From Raillietiella orientalis (taxonomy: Eukaryota), in NCBI GenBank assembly GCA_036172245.1, contig JAYWIR010000005.1, positions 744,001 to 808,000 on the forward strand: a DNA stretch of 64,000 nt. Direction: 5' to 3'. Below, piece after piece: positions 34,671 to 47,359 of this stretch; the first letter of the stretch is position 1; every line of letters starts with the position of its first letter. The notes under the pieces are model-generated. The model made no database searches, had not been told where the DNA came from, and saw only the letters and a program-made list of their open reading frames with translations. The position numbers were made by a program, and so were the translations under genes.

Positions 34671-37600
34671 GAGAGGGAGGGAGAGAGAGAGAAAGAAGGA
34701 AAGAAAGAGGGAAAACAAGGAAAAGAGAAGTAATGCGCACTTTCCCTTGCCGATGCCACGCGGTCAGAGCACCGCCTTGATTCACAATCACGAATCAACG
34801 GCCAGACGCAACGAGCGAGGAGGCCGCGTGCTCACAGACGCGTCTGTCAGCTGATGAGGCTGTTGCTCTCGTCGTGTGCGGACCCTCCCAATGCGAAGGC
34901 TGCCGGCCTTTCTTTCCACAGCCACTTGGCTCGCAAGCCAGGTGGAAAGGATTGCTCATGGCGTGGACTTTGGTTATGCCGGGACTCCAGAAACCTCTTT
35001 CCAACCTCTTTTGCGCTACGGGTAAGAAACCCTGCTGTTCTTGGCTGCGTTCTTGTACTTCGCTCTTGGATCTCGCGGGCAAGGGAAGAGCACCACGGAA
35101 ACTGCACAACACATTTCGTGAGCATCGATGTCGGTGCCATCTGGTGAACTGTGAGGACAGGGCGCCGTTATTTGTCGGGTCGGCTCGAAACTAGCGCAGG
35201 GCGATGGCCATCCCACGTACTTTGATGGCACCCGGACCTGTGGCTGTCGTCTTGCGGCCGTGGGCACCCCGGTTCAAAGGTGCGAGTGGTTTCTTGGGCT
35301 CGAATGCTTGAGCACCTTGCCAGAGTTTTCCGCCGTTCGGCGCCTGCAGAGCTTTTGGCCGACGTGCCTGACACCCTGACCCCACACCCACCTTTGCCTA
35401 CCCTGCATCGAACGGGTTTGGTGGTGCCCGCCCTTTGGCACGATGGAAACGAACCAACTTTTTGTCGAAACCATGGTTGCTTCGAGCCCCTCCTGGTGCA
35501 AAGCAACAACTGAAGCCGTTGCGCTCCTTCGGAACGGCGTTACAATGCTGCTGATCCGAACTCCTTTCTTCCTTTCTGTATCCCTTTTAAATGTTGCTGC
35601 TTTGCGTCGCTGCCTGGGCACGTGCATGGCCCTACTGGCTGGAGCGAGCCACATGGCGGTTGGGCGTTCTTTTATGCAAGGTTCCGCTTAAAGGTCCAGC
35701 AATTTTTTCCAGTTCTGCGAATCCATTTCCCGTTTCCTACATTGGGCGCCCAGTTCCAGAAGGAATACGGAGGTGGTTTTCGCGAAGAGTGTTTACACGC
35801 AAAGGTGTCCTGGAGCGGCAGTGGGGGCGAAGCGTTCTCGTTTCTCGGGTCCCGCCTCACCGAAAGGCGAAATCACCGTCGGTTGCAGGATTAGGTGTTC
35901 CGCGTTTCACGGGTGCCATGGGCTCTGGCTGCTACTTGTCATCGTCATGCGCGCTCCTGCTGCTCCACCACCTTTATACCACTGCATCGTGCACGCACAA
36001 CCCTGGAGAATCGCCAGATACTGGGATTCACCGACCGATTCACCCCCTTCTCAACGAACTGCACGCTGCTTGCACGAAACTGTTGACTTTTCTCTCTCTC
36101 TTCTTTCCCCTCTCCTGTTTTATCCGGGGTGAAAGATCGGGTAGCTTTTCCGCGCTGGCGTTCCTTGATCGTCATGCTGCGGGGTGCGGTTTCTGAGGTA
36201 AATTCTCTGCGGCACTGAGGTGAAATCCGCATCTCTCGAGCGCCTTTGCACGCGTCCAAAGGCCTGGTCAAATGACGGTGAGGATTCCGGTCCATTCGCT
36301 GCCAGAAGACCGTTGCTTTCTTGGGAAAGTTAAGAAGCTGCTTCGGCCTCGCCTCCACTTTTGCAGGGCTTCTTAAGAAGGTTTTTCCCCTAAAGCGGCG
36401 GGAGTAGCGACCAGGGAATCTGTGATTTCGGAGTCACCTCGACTGCCGGGAGCACCTGATCGTTTTCCCGGTCCAGCGGTTCCCGCGCTGGCAAACCTTG
36501 TCTCTGACCGGAAATAGCGGCCAAGGTCGCGCATTCGGAAGCTGGTGGTTGTCCCAGAGCCGGGTGACTACGCGCGCGCCCTCTGCTCGACGACCGTCGG
36601 TCGAAAGTCGTTCACGTAGCATGTCGTTCGTGTTTCGTGGTCACGGTAATCGGTAAAAAGAAAAGAAATGGCAAAGCGTGGTGGAGATTCTCGGCAACTC
36701 GATCGCTCGGTTGAGCAGGAGAAATCCATTCTTCGGTCAGATTTTTAGGATTTTTGTAGGGTGTCATAGGTACTGAAGCCGGTGCGTCATGCGTCGTTAG
36801 GTCGCGCCTCCTGGAACCCGTCGGCGTGCTTTTCAGCACGTAGTTTCTTTTCCCTGTTCTCGTGTCTTGCACTAGTTGGTGGAGTTCCCACCTTCAAGAC
36901 CGCAACTTCCAGATGCTGCATGGATGAGCTTTCCGAACCTTTTCCAAGCCGGGTGGTGCATCCCAGCGTCCTGCGACGTTGTGTGTGTATATTCCTGTGA
37001 CGACGCTCTTACGGTCGGGAGTGGGTCAGCGTCTGCTCTCTTCCTACAACTCTCTGTTGCTTTACGGAAGGAGAAGGGCGACCCATCTTTGTGCTCGTCA
37101 CCTTGATTTCCTGGTAATGTTCAGTTAGCTTGCTGCTGTGCCGTTAAGGTTCGATTCTATTGAGCCAGTACCATGGAGGCTGCGCGGGCGGTTCCCAAAG
37201 GCAAGAACCGTTTTCTTTTCCAGGAGACGGCCTCTGCATTTTTCTTGCTCTGTGCGTGCCTGCCTCGAGATGTGTGACCTTTGCTCGCACGCGCACACAG
37301 CGGAATGACTTGAATGGTGTGGCTTCCAACGCGTGGTTGCGCGTTTCTCCCTCCGCCTTGTGTTTTCCCGACGTACGACTTTTCTTTTCGGGCCTCCGGT
37401 GAAGGTGCAAAGACGAAGTGCATCATCACTGTGAAAGGAACTCCCGAGTCTGAGCAACACAGCAACGCAAGCGCTCTTGAAGGGCGTCGGAAACTCTCAG
37501 CCCTAACCCTTTCCGATTGCAGCATGGCATCGATTTGACCCTAGCGGTCCCCAACAGCAGCGCCGGGTGCGTTCCCGTCATCCCAGTCCTTCGTTCGTGT

Positions 37601-38802
37601 GCGGCGTGGGTGCCTCGCATCGCTTTTCGGGCGGGGTGAAGCGTTCTGTGCGGGGACGGCAAGAGTGTCGCCGGGCTCCGGCGCTGGCCCTCCTCACCGG
37701 TCCCACGCCGGATTCTCGCCTGGCCGCCGATCCCTTCTTCTCCTCATCGCAGATTCCTGACCACCTTTCCGTTTCAGAACGCAGATTCGAAATCTTCGCC
37801 AGTGTCCGAATTTCGCCGGTCGTCAAAGGCGGGTTTCGCCTCCTCACGTACGAACTCCCTGAACAGGTCCAGGAAGTCGCTGGCATCCGAGAAGTTGTCT
37901 TCCACGGAAAACAGGAGCGAATCCTTGCCCAACAATTCGTCGCCGAAGCTGCATGCCGAGAAGAAACTGGATCCTGAGTGACGGGCGAAGTTCACTTTCC
38001 TACGCCCGCAAGAGATGGGACCCCCAGTGCCGTGTCCCTTCCGCATGAGACCATCAGACTGCCCTACTTATTCAGTAACGTCCAAAGTACCTGAAGTTAA
38101 GTTGAAGTGCGGTGTTGCTATTCTTTTTTTACAACGGCAGTTCGGACGGAGCGATGGCCCCGAGCTGTAAGAAAAAAGCTCGTAATTTCCCAGTTTGGAA
38201 GTGAGTTGTTGGGAAAATAAAAACCAAAAAAAAAAAATTTGTTCCGATGGCGCGGGGCGTCTGGGTGGTGACTGCTTGCAGCCTGCGCCACTTGCTCCCC
38301 TAGTGCCTACCTCAACCAACCGCTTGTGCCGAGGCGAAGGTCCTCTCCATGGCAACGCCGGACTGCACGGGCTTTGCTGACACTGTGCGCCGTTTCCCTG
38401 TTGCAGGCGCACGGATACCGCTGCAGCCCGGCCAGGAGGAGAGCACCAGGAGATGCGGCGTTGTGTTCTGCGTCGAGAGCCCCCGCTCTTGGAAGGAGTT
38501 GGGTCAATTTCGTTATAGCAGACGCCCCTCTGGCAGTTCGCGAACGCGGTGGTAGTCGTTGCGGGAGACACTTCGGTTCGAAAAGAGCTCTCCTCATCTT
38601 CGGTGCACACCAAAAGCTTCGGGTGGAAGTGGCTCTCTACTGGTCTCGATTTATTTTCCCTCCTGTCGTGAGTCCCACCAGGGCGTCGAGCAGGGAGGGG
38701 GATGGGGCGGGGAAGGGCAACGCGGAGCATCCGAAATCTGCAATCGCGGCGGGTGCCGGGTGGGATGTGCGGGCAGGGGGAAGGATGGAGGCTTTGCTGC
38801 CT

Positions 38803-39481
38803 TCAGTTCTTCTGGCGGCACTCCTGCAGGAGCTCCTCATACTCTTTCAGCTGTTTCTGAAAGCCCAAGTTAGGGTGGCTGACTTGTCGTTTGCTTCTGA
38901 CCAGCGCGAGAGCATCATTGAAATTCATTTGCAAACTTCTCATCAGGTACGCAACCACAAAAGTAATGGACCGCGATATGCCGGCGTTGCAGTGTACCAG
39001 CACGGCGCCTTTGGCCATCCCGACCCTGATGAAATCGAATGTTTCGGAAAAATACAAGGAGATCGGGAAGTTGGGGTCATCGATGATGTTCAGCTTCTTG
39101 TATTCTATGTCTTCCGGGAAGCAGTTGCGGATGCCCGTCGCCACGTTCAGGATGTGCGTCACGTTGTGCTCCCGCAGCAGCTCTCGGTTCGAAGCGACCC
39201 ACTGGGTTCCTGGAGGCGAGAGATTCTCACACCCTCGCGTGTGCTGCCAACTTACCAACCAGGAGGTTCGGTATGATGACCGCCGGCTCGTTGTCCGACG
39301 GCTTAACCATGGAGGGTTGCATGGTCCTCAGGAGGGGTACGTTGAAAATCGGGCAGCAGCTTCCGTCGGAAGGGTCCATCTGCAGCGCACCAATCGCGTC
39401 CGCGCCTGTGGCTGGGCTTACGTTGGGGCACGGTGGGCGCGACTCCTTCCGATCATCCTTCCCCTCCTCGTGCTGGTACAT
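38803..39481 (-). CDS. DUSP19: Dual-specificity phosphatase, DUSP19-like (exons 39256-39481, 38803-39209; 46-nt intron)
   Basis: IIPNLLVG|TQWVASNRELLREHNVTHILNVA, IIDDP acid loop, intact catalytic loop VLVHCNAGISRS, AYLM and PNLGFQKQL. GT at 39255, AG ending 39210. Orthology to DUSP19 is from recalled motif similarity. Confidence 0.88.
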
Positions 39482-39715
39482 CTGATCTAACGAACAAACA
39501 AGACACTCTTGCGCTAGGCCAATAATTTTAATCGGTCAGAAGTAGAGAGGGCTCCGCTATCGGGTACGCCCTCAGTCACACTATGCGTTCGCGTCCAATC
39601 CCACCCGACCCCTTCCCTGTCCGTCTTGCTCTCTCGCCAGTCGGTATCTGCAAAAGGCACTCCCTGAACGGGGTCGTGAGCATCGGTTTTGTCCTGGACC
39701 TACTCGTGGGGACCG

Positions 39716-42700
39716 TCAATTCAGGGATGGACTCTCCCCACGGTCCCACTGCACTTCTATGTTGGGCCACTTGGTCTGCAGGCACGTCTGCATGGGGTCG
39801 TTGTCCACGGCGTACTTGACGTTGGATGCCAGCAACGCAGCCACTCCTCTATCGTATACCACCTGACAAAGCAACAAATCAGATAAGGTTCGCTTCCTTA
39901 GATGGGATGCAAGCATCCACATCCGCTGGCCGCCGGCGGCATTCGTACACGTTTGGGGGACGATGAGGACGGAAGGTGCCGATGGCGCGGGCGGGAACGA
40001 GGGGGAAGGGTGGGTTACCACCCGGGTACGCCCGGGGCGAGGGGGAAGGGGGGGGGACGGCAGTGGCGCAAGTCCGCAATTCATCGCTTGCAGCGATCAA
40101 CGCCGAATTCTGAATCGGAGACCTGCGAACAGCAGAGAGGGCAGAAAAGAAGGGAGAGCGAGGAAAAGAGAGAGAAAAAAAAGGGAGGGGGGGGCAGAAG
40201 CGGGTCCCAGGAAGGGCAAGACAGGCACTCGCGCTTCGGTCTACGTGCGTGCGTCCTCCAAGCAATACCTTTCCGTTCGGCTTAGATCCGACAAGTCCGT
40301 TACAGTGGTAAATGACGAAAGTCTCGGTCACTTCCGGTTCCCTAGCATCCGGGAAGAACTCCTCCTTGAAGGAATTCCATATAATTATACCCAGATTTTC
40401 ACTGTCGAGCTTCTTCTTGATGAAGTCCACGCTTGAGGGGAGGTGGTTAGCGCGGCGGCGGTGCGGCGGCGGCGCACGTGCGCGCCGGGCACGGGGAATG
40501 CACTTACTACAGGGGGTCGCAGACCAGGCTGCACTTTTCCAAGACCTCGTGCAGCAGCGTGGCAGAGACGAAGCCGTTGCCCTCCGGATCACACTGCTGG
40601 AATATCCGCTTCGCCTTCTCGACCGGGGTCTCCTCCCTGACTAGGCTCGTGCAGCACGAGAACAAAACTGGAAGAGAGAGCGACTGTATCAGTGATTTCC
40701 GGAAATGCTCGCCCGAGCTCGGGAGCACAAAGAGAGGAAGGACGGAAAGGCAGGAGAGGAGGAAATGCATGGCGTACCGGTGAGATGAGATTCGCTACCC
40801 AGGATCCACACCGGGTGCAGCGGATTCTTCAAGTAGTTGCCGACTTCGCAGTACCTTAAATACTCCAGCAGGCTCAGATATCCTATCTGGGATCTGCAAT
40901 CGATTCCGTTCAATCCTAGAATTCTCGAAGAAAAAAAAAAAAGGGAGGGAGGAAAAAAAAAAAAAAAAAGGGAGAAACATGTTTCAGCGACGATGTGTGG
41001 AAGGGCGCGCGGTCGGCGCACGCACACGCATGAGCATCATTGTGAAAGCCACCCACCACCACCCCACCGCGTCCATACAGCATCCCGAAGATCCCGTTCT
41101 CTCGGCAACCTTCGGGCGGGGGCGGAGCGATCGAGGCTTCTCACGTTAGCGTTCGGCCGAGCCGTGACCACTCCGTAACGAGGCTCGGAAAGAAAGCTTC
41201 CCGAAAGCTTGGACGGGACGTGCAGGCTGCAGGCGGTGCTTACCTTCTTCTTCAACAGCATCAACAAACGTGCTCAGTGGCGATCGAACGCGATTCCTTC
41301 GTGCTTGCGCACACGAAACGGACAGCAAACGGACAGCTTCCGGCCCACATGCGGCGACCCCCCCCCCCCCCTTCCCCGCACCGCTCCGCCTCCGCACTTA
41401 CTCAGGCCTCCTATGGTCCGGTCGTTGTCCCACAAGTGGCTAACCGCCTTGCCCGTGATCATCAAATTGATTAAACTCTGACTACCTAATCCATGACTTC
41501 CGTCGATCAGCGACTCCGTCTGATCCTCGAGTTCGGATCGGATGGCCTCCAATCCCTGAAATCAGGACAATGAAGCTTCCGACAGATCGCTCCGTCTGAC
41601 CGGATCGCCAGCACTGGCTGAAGCCACAGTGCTTCCAGACAAGTGGGCAGGGGCATGCGCCTTCCCCGGTCGCCCGACTCACGCGAAAGAACCTGACTGA
41701 CCAACAGGGGAAGGCCAGCGTGAAATGAGCATCAGTCGCGTGGTGGCAGTTTCCCTCGCATTCTTCCTCACGCACTCGATGACCGGTGTTCCCGTGAGGA
41801 AAAAGTAGGCCCACCCCACCAGGCCAAACGGAATTAGACAGCGACTCTCAAAGGAAAAAGACAAAACAAAAAACAAACCAAAAAACTTTTGGACTGAAAG
41901 GTGGTTTAATTCGTGTGCCCTCGAATGAGCCTATCCATCGCTGGAGAAACGCGCGCGAACACTGCCAGGTTGCAATTTACTGGTTCTGGAACACGATTTT
42001 CATCCATGCTCTTAAGAACCCAAGGATGCAGAAAGAAACTCTAGTCTGTTAAGTAGTGGCTTGGCCGTGCCTCGACGGGAGCAGCGCAGTCGAGTTCCAA
42101 CTTCCCGTGAAGCACACGAAGACACGTACATGACCTGACACGCCCACACTTCCGGGGGAACTCCCACGAAATTCTTCGGCCCCCAAAGCGTCTAGTTACA
42201 GAGCGCTAAGCTAAATCAACAGCAGTTTCACGGCTGCTCCGAATCACCGAGCCTCCTGCACTTTGCTTTGCGATGGATAACCACAATTTTTTTCGCAAAG
42301 AATTTCCCGAGGTTCGGCAAAGTGCACCGCCCGGGCGCAAGCGGTCACCAGCAGCCGTTTTTCGCGTTCGGAACACCTGCTAAAAGCTGCCAAACGATGA
42401 GATTTGCTTTCCTTCCTACCCTGAGGAAATCGCTAAAGGAGGGTTCACCGTGAAAACCGACTCTTCTTCCATGGTGGTTTGCAGAGATCAAGGCGATTTC
42501 GAGTTTACAACAAACTGTGGGAGCTCGAAAATTCATTTTTCGCCACCGAATCCTCTTGGAGAGAGCAGGCAATCCTTTGGCAAGGGCGAGTCTCTTGTTT
42601 CAATTTTTTTTGCACAGGTCACGGTTTTGGAGAAAAACGTACCCCGCACGATCACATTTACAACAAGGAAGCACTGCATGCAATTACCAAGTTGATGCGC

Positions 42701-45700
42701 AGATTTACAACGACCACATCAATGCTTCCTTAGACTGCCGAGCAAGCACGGGCAATGTCCAAGGTTTCTACAAACTTCTACGAAACTTACCTTTGTGAGC
42801 ACCACTGAGTATAAAAACATTAAGATGCCAATATCACTTTCAAAAGATTCAATCTGTTCTTCGAGCATCTCCTTCAGTTTTGCTTCTCCAGAAATATTGG
42901 TTAACCTGAAAATTGTGAAGTGACTATGAAGGCTGAAAACAAGAGATGGGCATCATCACCTGAGAAATGAGTGGAATGCTGGTAATTCCAGTTTGTATGA
43001 AGCAGTTTCTCCTCCTGCTTTTCTAATTGAAGAATTCCTCACTTCTTTTTCTGGATAACAAATCCAGTAGGAATCATGCTTAGCAATCTGTATCAGGATA
43101 TCCACCATGGCCTGAATGAGCAGCTTAGTGCATATACTGCTGGGGAGCTAGAATGGTTATGCTGTCATCGTGGAATTATGGCAGAGAATGCCATTATTGC
43201 ATTGAGCGAAGAGTAACTCATAGTAGAATTCTATCCAAGCTGGACAACTGCTTATCAAATGTATTGTTAGAATCACATTCAGTCCAACGTACAGTTTGTT
43301 TGTTTTTTATTTTCAAAGGTTCATATTCACTTGCCATATTTGAAGATGAGTTACATTATGAGACATCTGGTCTCAGTCATTTCAAGTAACTATCCTTGCA
43401 CCGAAGTTTTCTCATTTGAGCATTTGTTATGCAAATTCAGAAAAATACTTGGATGTTTAAAGCAACAATCCAAATATAGAACCAATAACATATACTCTTG
43501 TTACTGAAACACTCGTGCAACTTGCAGCCGTTTTAAAAACTACATAGTCTACACATGAAGGCAGCTACAAACTCTGTTTTTACTTTCGTGGCTCTGGGAA
43601 TTAACAGAAAATACTGACTAGCTAAGCTAAACTTAAGCGTTAACTGCTGCACGCACACACAAAAATAAAATGCAAAGAAGCTAAACATTTCCCTTATCAG
43701 TAATATGCACCAACAGTCTGATGAAATATGAGGTTGAAATTATCAAATTGTGATTTCGTACATCAATAATGGCATCAACTTGCACAACTCGTAGGGTGTC
43801 ACATCCCTGAGGGCAAAGGCAGACTTGTATGAAAACCTTAAATACAAATCCTATGTATCACATGGACCTGATGAAGCACTTTGAGGAACTCAAATAGTAG
43901 ACGTAAACAAGAGACGTGGTTACTTTCGAGCAGAAAAGAAATCTTCACTTTTTTTCAACACTGTCAGCACAGTTTCTGTAGCCTGCCATCAACATAACAT
44001 TCACATCGAATTGTGTTCCGAAAACCGTATGTTGACTTAAGGCCCTTTCTGTTTAAAACTAAACTCATCTTCGTATGCTATTGGCCACCAAAGTTTCAAA
44101 CCCATAGGATACCAGGAAAGGGAAGACTGTTCAAAGAAAAATGAGTTTATATAAGAGCAATGAAATCCTTTTTCAGTAATAAGGAACACAGAAAAAAAGA
44201 ATCACAGATAATCTTTTAGAAAAAAATTGAAAGAAACTCGACACAAAACATGAGAATTTTGAATCCCATATCATTCTAATCAAGCAGCAAAAATCATTTG
44301 AATTTGCAGGTGCAGCTGTGTTCACCATAAATGTAACTACATGATCGTCACATGTAAGACTGATACAGTAGGCTGGCAGCAAAAGGCTGAGCGAGGAATC
44401 ACTTCAACCTGGATAATTGGGGCATAGGAGATGTCAGAGAAACGCAAAAATTTGAACACAGGAACGGAAAATGGGAAAAACAACATTCAAAGGAAATAGT
44501 TTCACCATGCACTTAACAGTCATTAGATTATGTGTGACAGCAATTATGTTTTTCTCTGAGAAAACTACTGTGGCAATCCACAATCAGTTGAGATACAGCT
44601 CTTGAAATGCAATCAAAAAAAGTAACAACCAAAAGGTTCCATTCCACAGAAGCATTTGTTTGGATTTGGATTGAAGGTGTACTATAGAAAGGCGTAGCAA
44701 TATTTTTGAAAGGATATAAACAAACATTGCACACAAGCTCCAATGGATTTAACCTTAAACCTCAAACAATATTGTTTCAAATGAGATCAACAAAATTCGA
44801 ATTTCAACACATACAGAGAACTTACATGTCTGAACTCCTTCAAACAAGGAATTTCACTTATCATACCAGTATACAACATTCAAAATAACTCAAACAACTG
44901 TTCTGAATTATGTAAAACAAGGGTCCAACAATGCAAAATCTGAAACTATCAACTGCTCATTAAAATTTTACTAACGTACAAAATCTAAGAGGAAGTTTTA
45001 CCACAAATCTGAAAAAATTTCTTGGTACTAATTCAATTAATAATGGTCACATGGAAATCTTCGGCAGATGCAATTAAAGCAGAGTGCAGAAAATTAAATG
45101 AGTAGCAAATAGATGCACCTACAATCCAAAAAATGCTCACAATATCAGTAACAAACACTAATTTGTGACAATCAAATGAAGAACAAATGATTTGCAAGTA
45201 CTATGCAAATGAATTGGTGCACCAAGATGCCCAAACAAAAAAGTTTGGATTCCTTGTCAAGAATCAATCAGATGAATTATCCCTTTTGATTTAACTCAAA
45301 AAGATTTAACTGAAAAGCAAATAAGCTTGATCAGCAATGGTACAAAAAAAATGTGGCATAGCATAACAAATATGAACTCTTAGACATATGAGTTACTCCC
45401 ATCAATCACATCCGGGAACAATATAATGAATATACAATGTGAATCCAGGCATACTTTAATGACAATGAATTTATGAAAATTCATGTCAAATTTATTTTAA
45501 AAATTCAAGATTTTTGAAGAAACAACTCCAAACGAGAAGTCTGAAGGTTTGACAAATCATTTGCTTTATTCATTAGATAATAATCTTTACTCATATATTT
45601 ATAGGTGTGCAAGAAAGGCAAATGTAAGAGAGCAGAATAATAGCATTGATGAAAACAAAACAAATAACATTAAGTATCATAATAAAACACTCTTTGTTTT

Positions 45701-46655
45701 TAAAATTTTATTGCTAAGGTGATTTAATGGGAAATGAATTAATCAATCTATAACTAAATGCAAAACTGATGTAACTTTTAGAAAACCTAATCAAGGGTGA
45801 CATCAAAATCAAAACATTGATATCCATAACATGGGAAACCTTTACTCATGGCTAATAGATTGCATTATCATGCACCCAACTAAATGATAGAACTGATTTG
45901 AATAAGAAAAAAAAGAAATTCAGGATACAATATTACATCCACGTTTATGCAATTACCATTTTCCAATCTTGCTGAGGAAAGTCTCTAATTAAAGATTTGG
46001 CAATATATGCTTGAACTGGTGCTATAACTGCACATGGACCACCTGCCATCTGTTTCAAAGCAGATGGTTCATCTTCACTAAGAATAAAACCTACAAATGG
46101 AAACTTTATTTGGCTTCAATTCATTGCAACTATGATCTAATGAAACTTAAATTAGCAACAAATGCTGTATCTACTATCTAACAGTTAGCTCTATATGTTC
46201 ACACGTTTTTATATTTGAATCCAACGCATACATCAATGAATAATCAAGGCAATGCTATTCTTGCCGGGCAAAAACTTTTACTTTTGTTCTGTTTGTTTCA
46301 TCTAACAGAATGCCAGCACTTTACGTTAGACGGAAGCAATAGCATTCTTGCTTGCAAACCCAGCATCTTCGACTAACATCCTCGTTTCAAATAACAAATC
46401 TTTCTTAAAAAACTTCGCGTACCAAATCGGTTGAAGCTTATCCTATGGTTAACAGTTCGAATGAATTCAACTACAGGGATTATCTTTACGGTTACTGCTA
46501 AAAGTGAATATGTCTGTGTGTTGGTCTTTTCCTGTTGCTCTTTCGGCATGTTTACCTTGCAGCCATCGGGAAAATATTTCGATTCTTGGTTCGTCTCCCC
46601 AAATTATTTTCTTGGCTTCATTTAACAGCAGTTCGCTGTCGGTGTCGACTGCCAT
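39716..46655 (-). CDS. MINDY3: MINDY3/FAM188A K48 deubiquitinase, 9 exons (46556-46655, 45957-46090, 42960-43147, 42791-42905, 41402-41555, 40778-40915, 40508-40667, 40269-40431, 39716-39862)
   Basis: Phase-consistent splicing gives RWLQGF, catalytic GGPCAVIAPVQA, FLYSVVLTKG, GSQSLINLMITGKAVS, VGNYLKNPLHPVWILGSESHLT (catalytic His), EF-hand-like DPEGNGFV, YHCNGL and C-terminal CLQTKWPNIEVQWDRGESPSLN*. Confidence 0.95.
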
Positions 46656-47359
46656 GGAGCCTACTCAGGAGGTACTTAAGAACTGAGGACTTCCTGACAG
46701 CAGACGCAACACTGATATTTAGAAAATGTCATCAACTTGGAGGTCAACATACGCAAAAAATTAGCAGCAACTGCTACGAGGAAACGGTCGATCAGAGGAT
46801 TTGCATTCATTTCTTTAACCAAAACCGCATTCTTCGTTCTGAGCTTACGGGTTAACGTAGGAATTGCCGAGTTACCAGCACCACAAGCTCCAAATGAAAT
46901 AACTAAAATTAAAGTGCTGAAGTGAGTTTGAAAAATTCGCCCTTCCTATGACCCTATAGAATTACTCTTTTGAGATTACTTGTCATACAATCAGAAATAA
47001 TATCAAGAACAAAGTGGTTCAGTTTTTACTGAGGAAACGGGAGTTTTGCATAGCGATCTGCAAAACTAAAATTTCCTTCATCCCATTATCAGCCATGATG
47101 GAAAATCTAATAAAATCTCAGTAAAAATCCGAATCGAGTTTCTCCCTCTAGTAAATATCCTTTGGAAACCTTTTAATGCAAAAACTCGACCGGCAGAGGG
47201 AAGGGCACCTATGCGTTTATAGAGTACCTTCTTCACTCGGACACCAAAGTGGGTTTACTGCAGTTTCCCTAAGGAATTATTACAGTCTCAGAGTGTATTT
47301 AGCATTTCTCTTCATTTTTAAGTGGTTGTTGCAGTGACCTCGAAAAGAATGTAGGTTTC

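Noticed and set aside
37110..37175. GGTTCGATTC B-box-like motif (tRNA or SINE)
   Set aside because: No cloverleaf, T-stem or convincing A box.
43860..43925. Hammerhead-like core CTGATGA followed by a hairpin
   Set aside because: The required GAAA is interrupted (CGTAAAC), and no stem III, NUH site or stem I could be formed.
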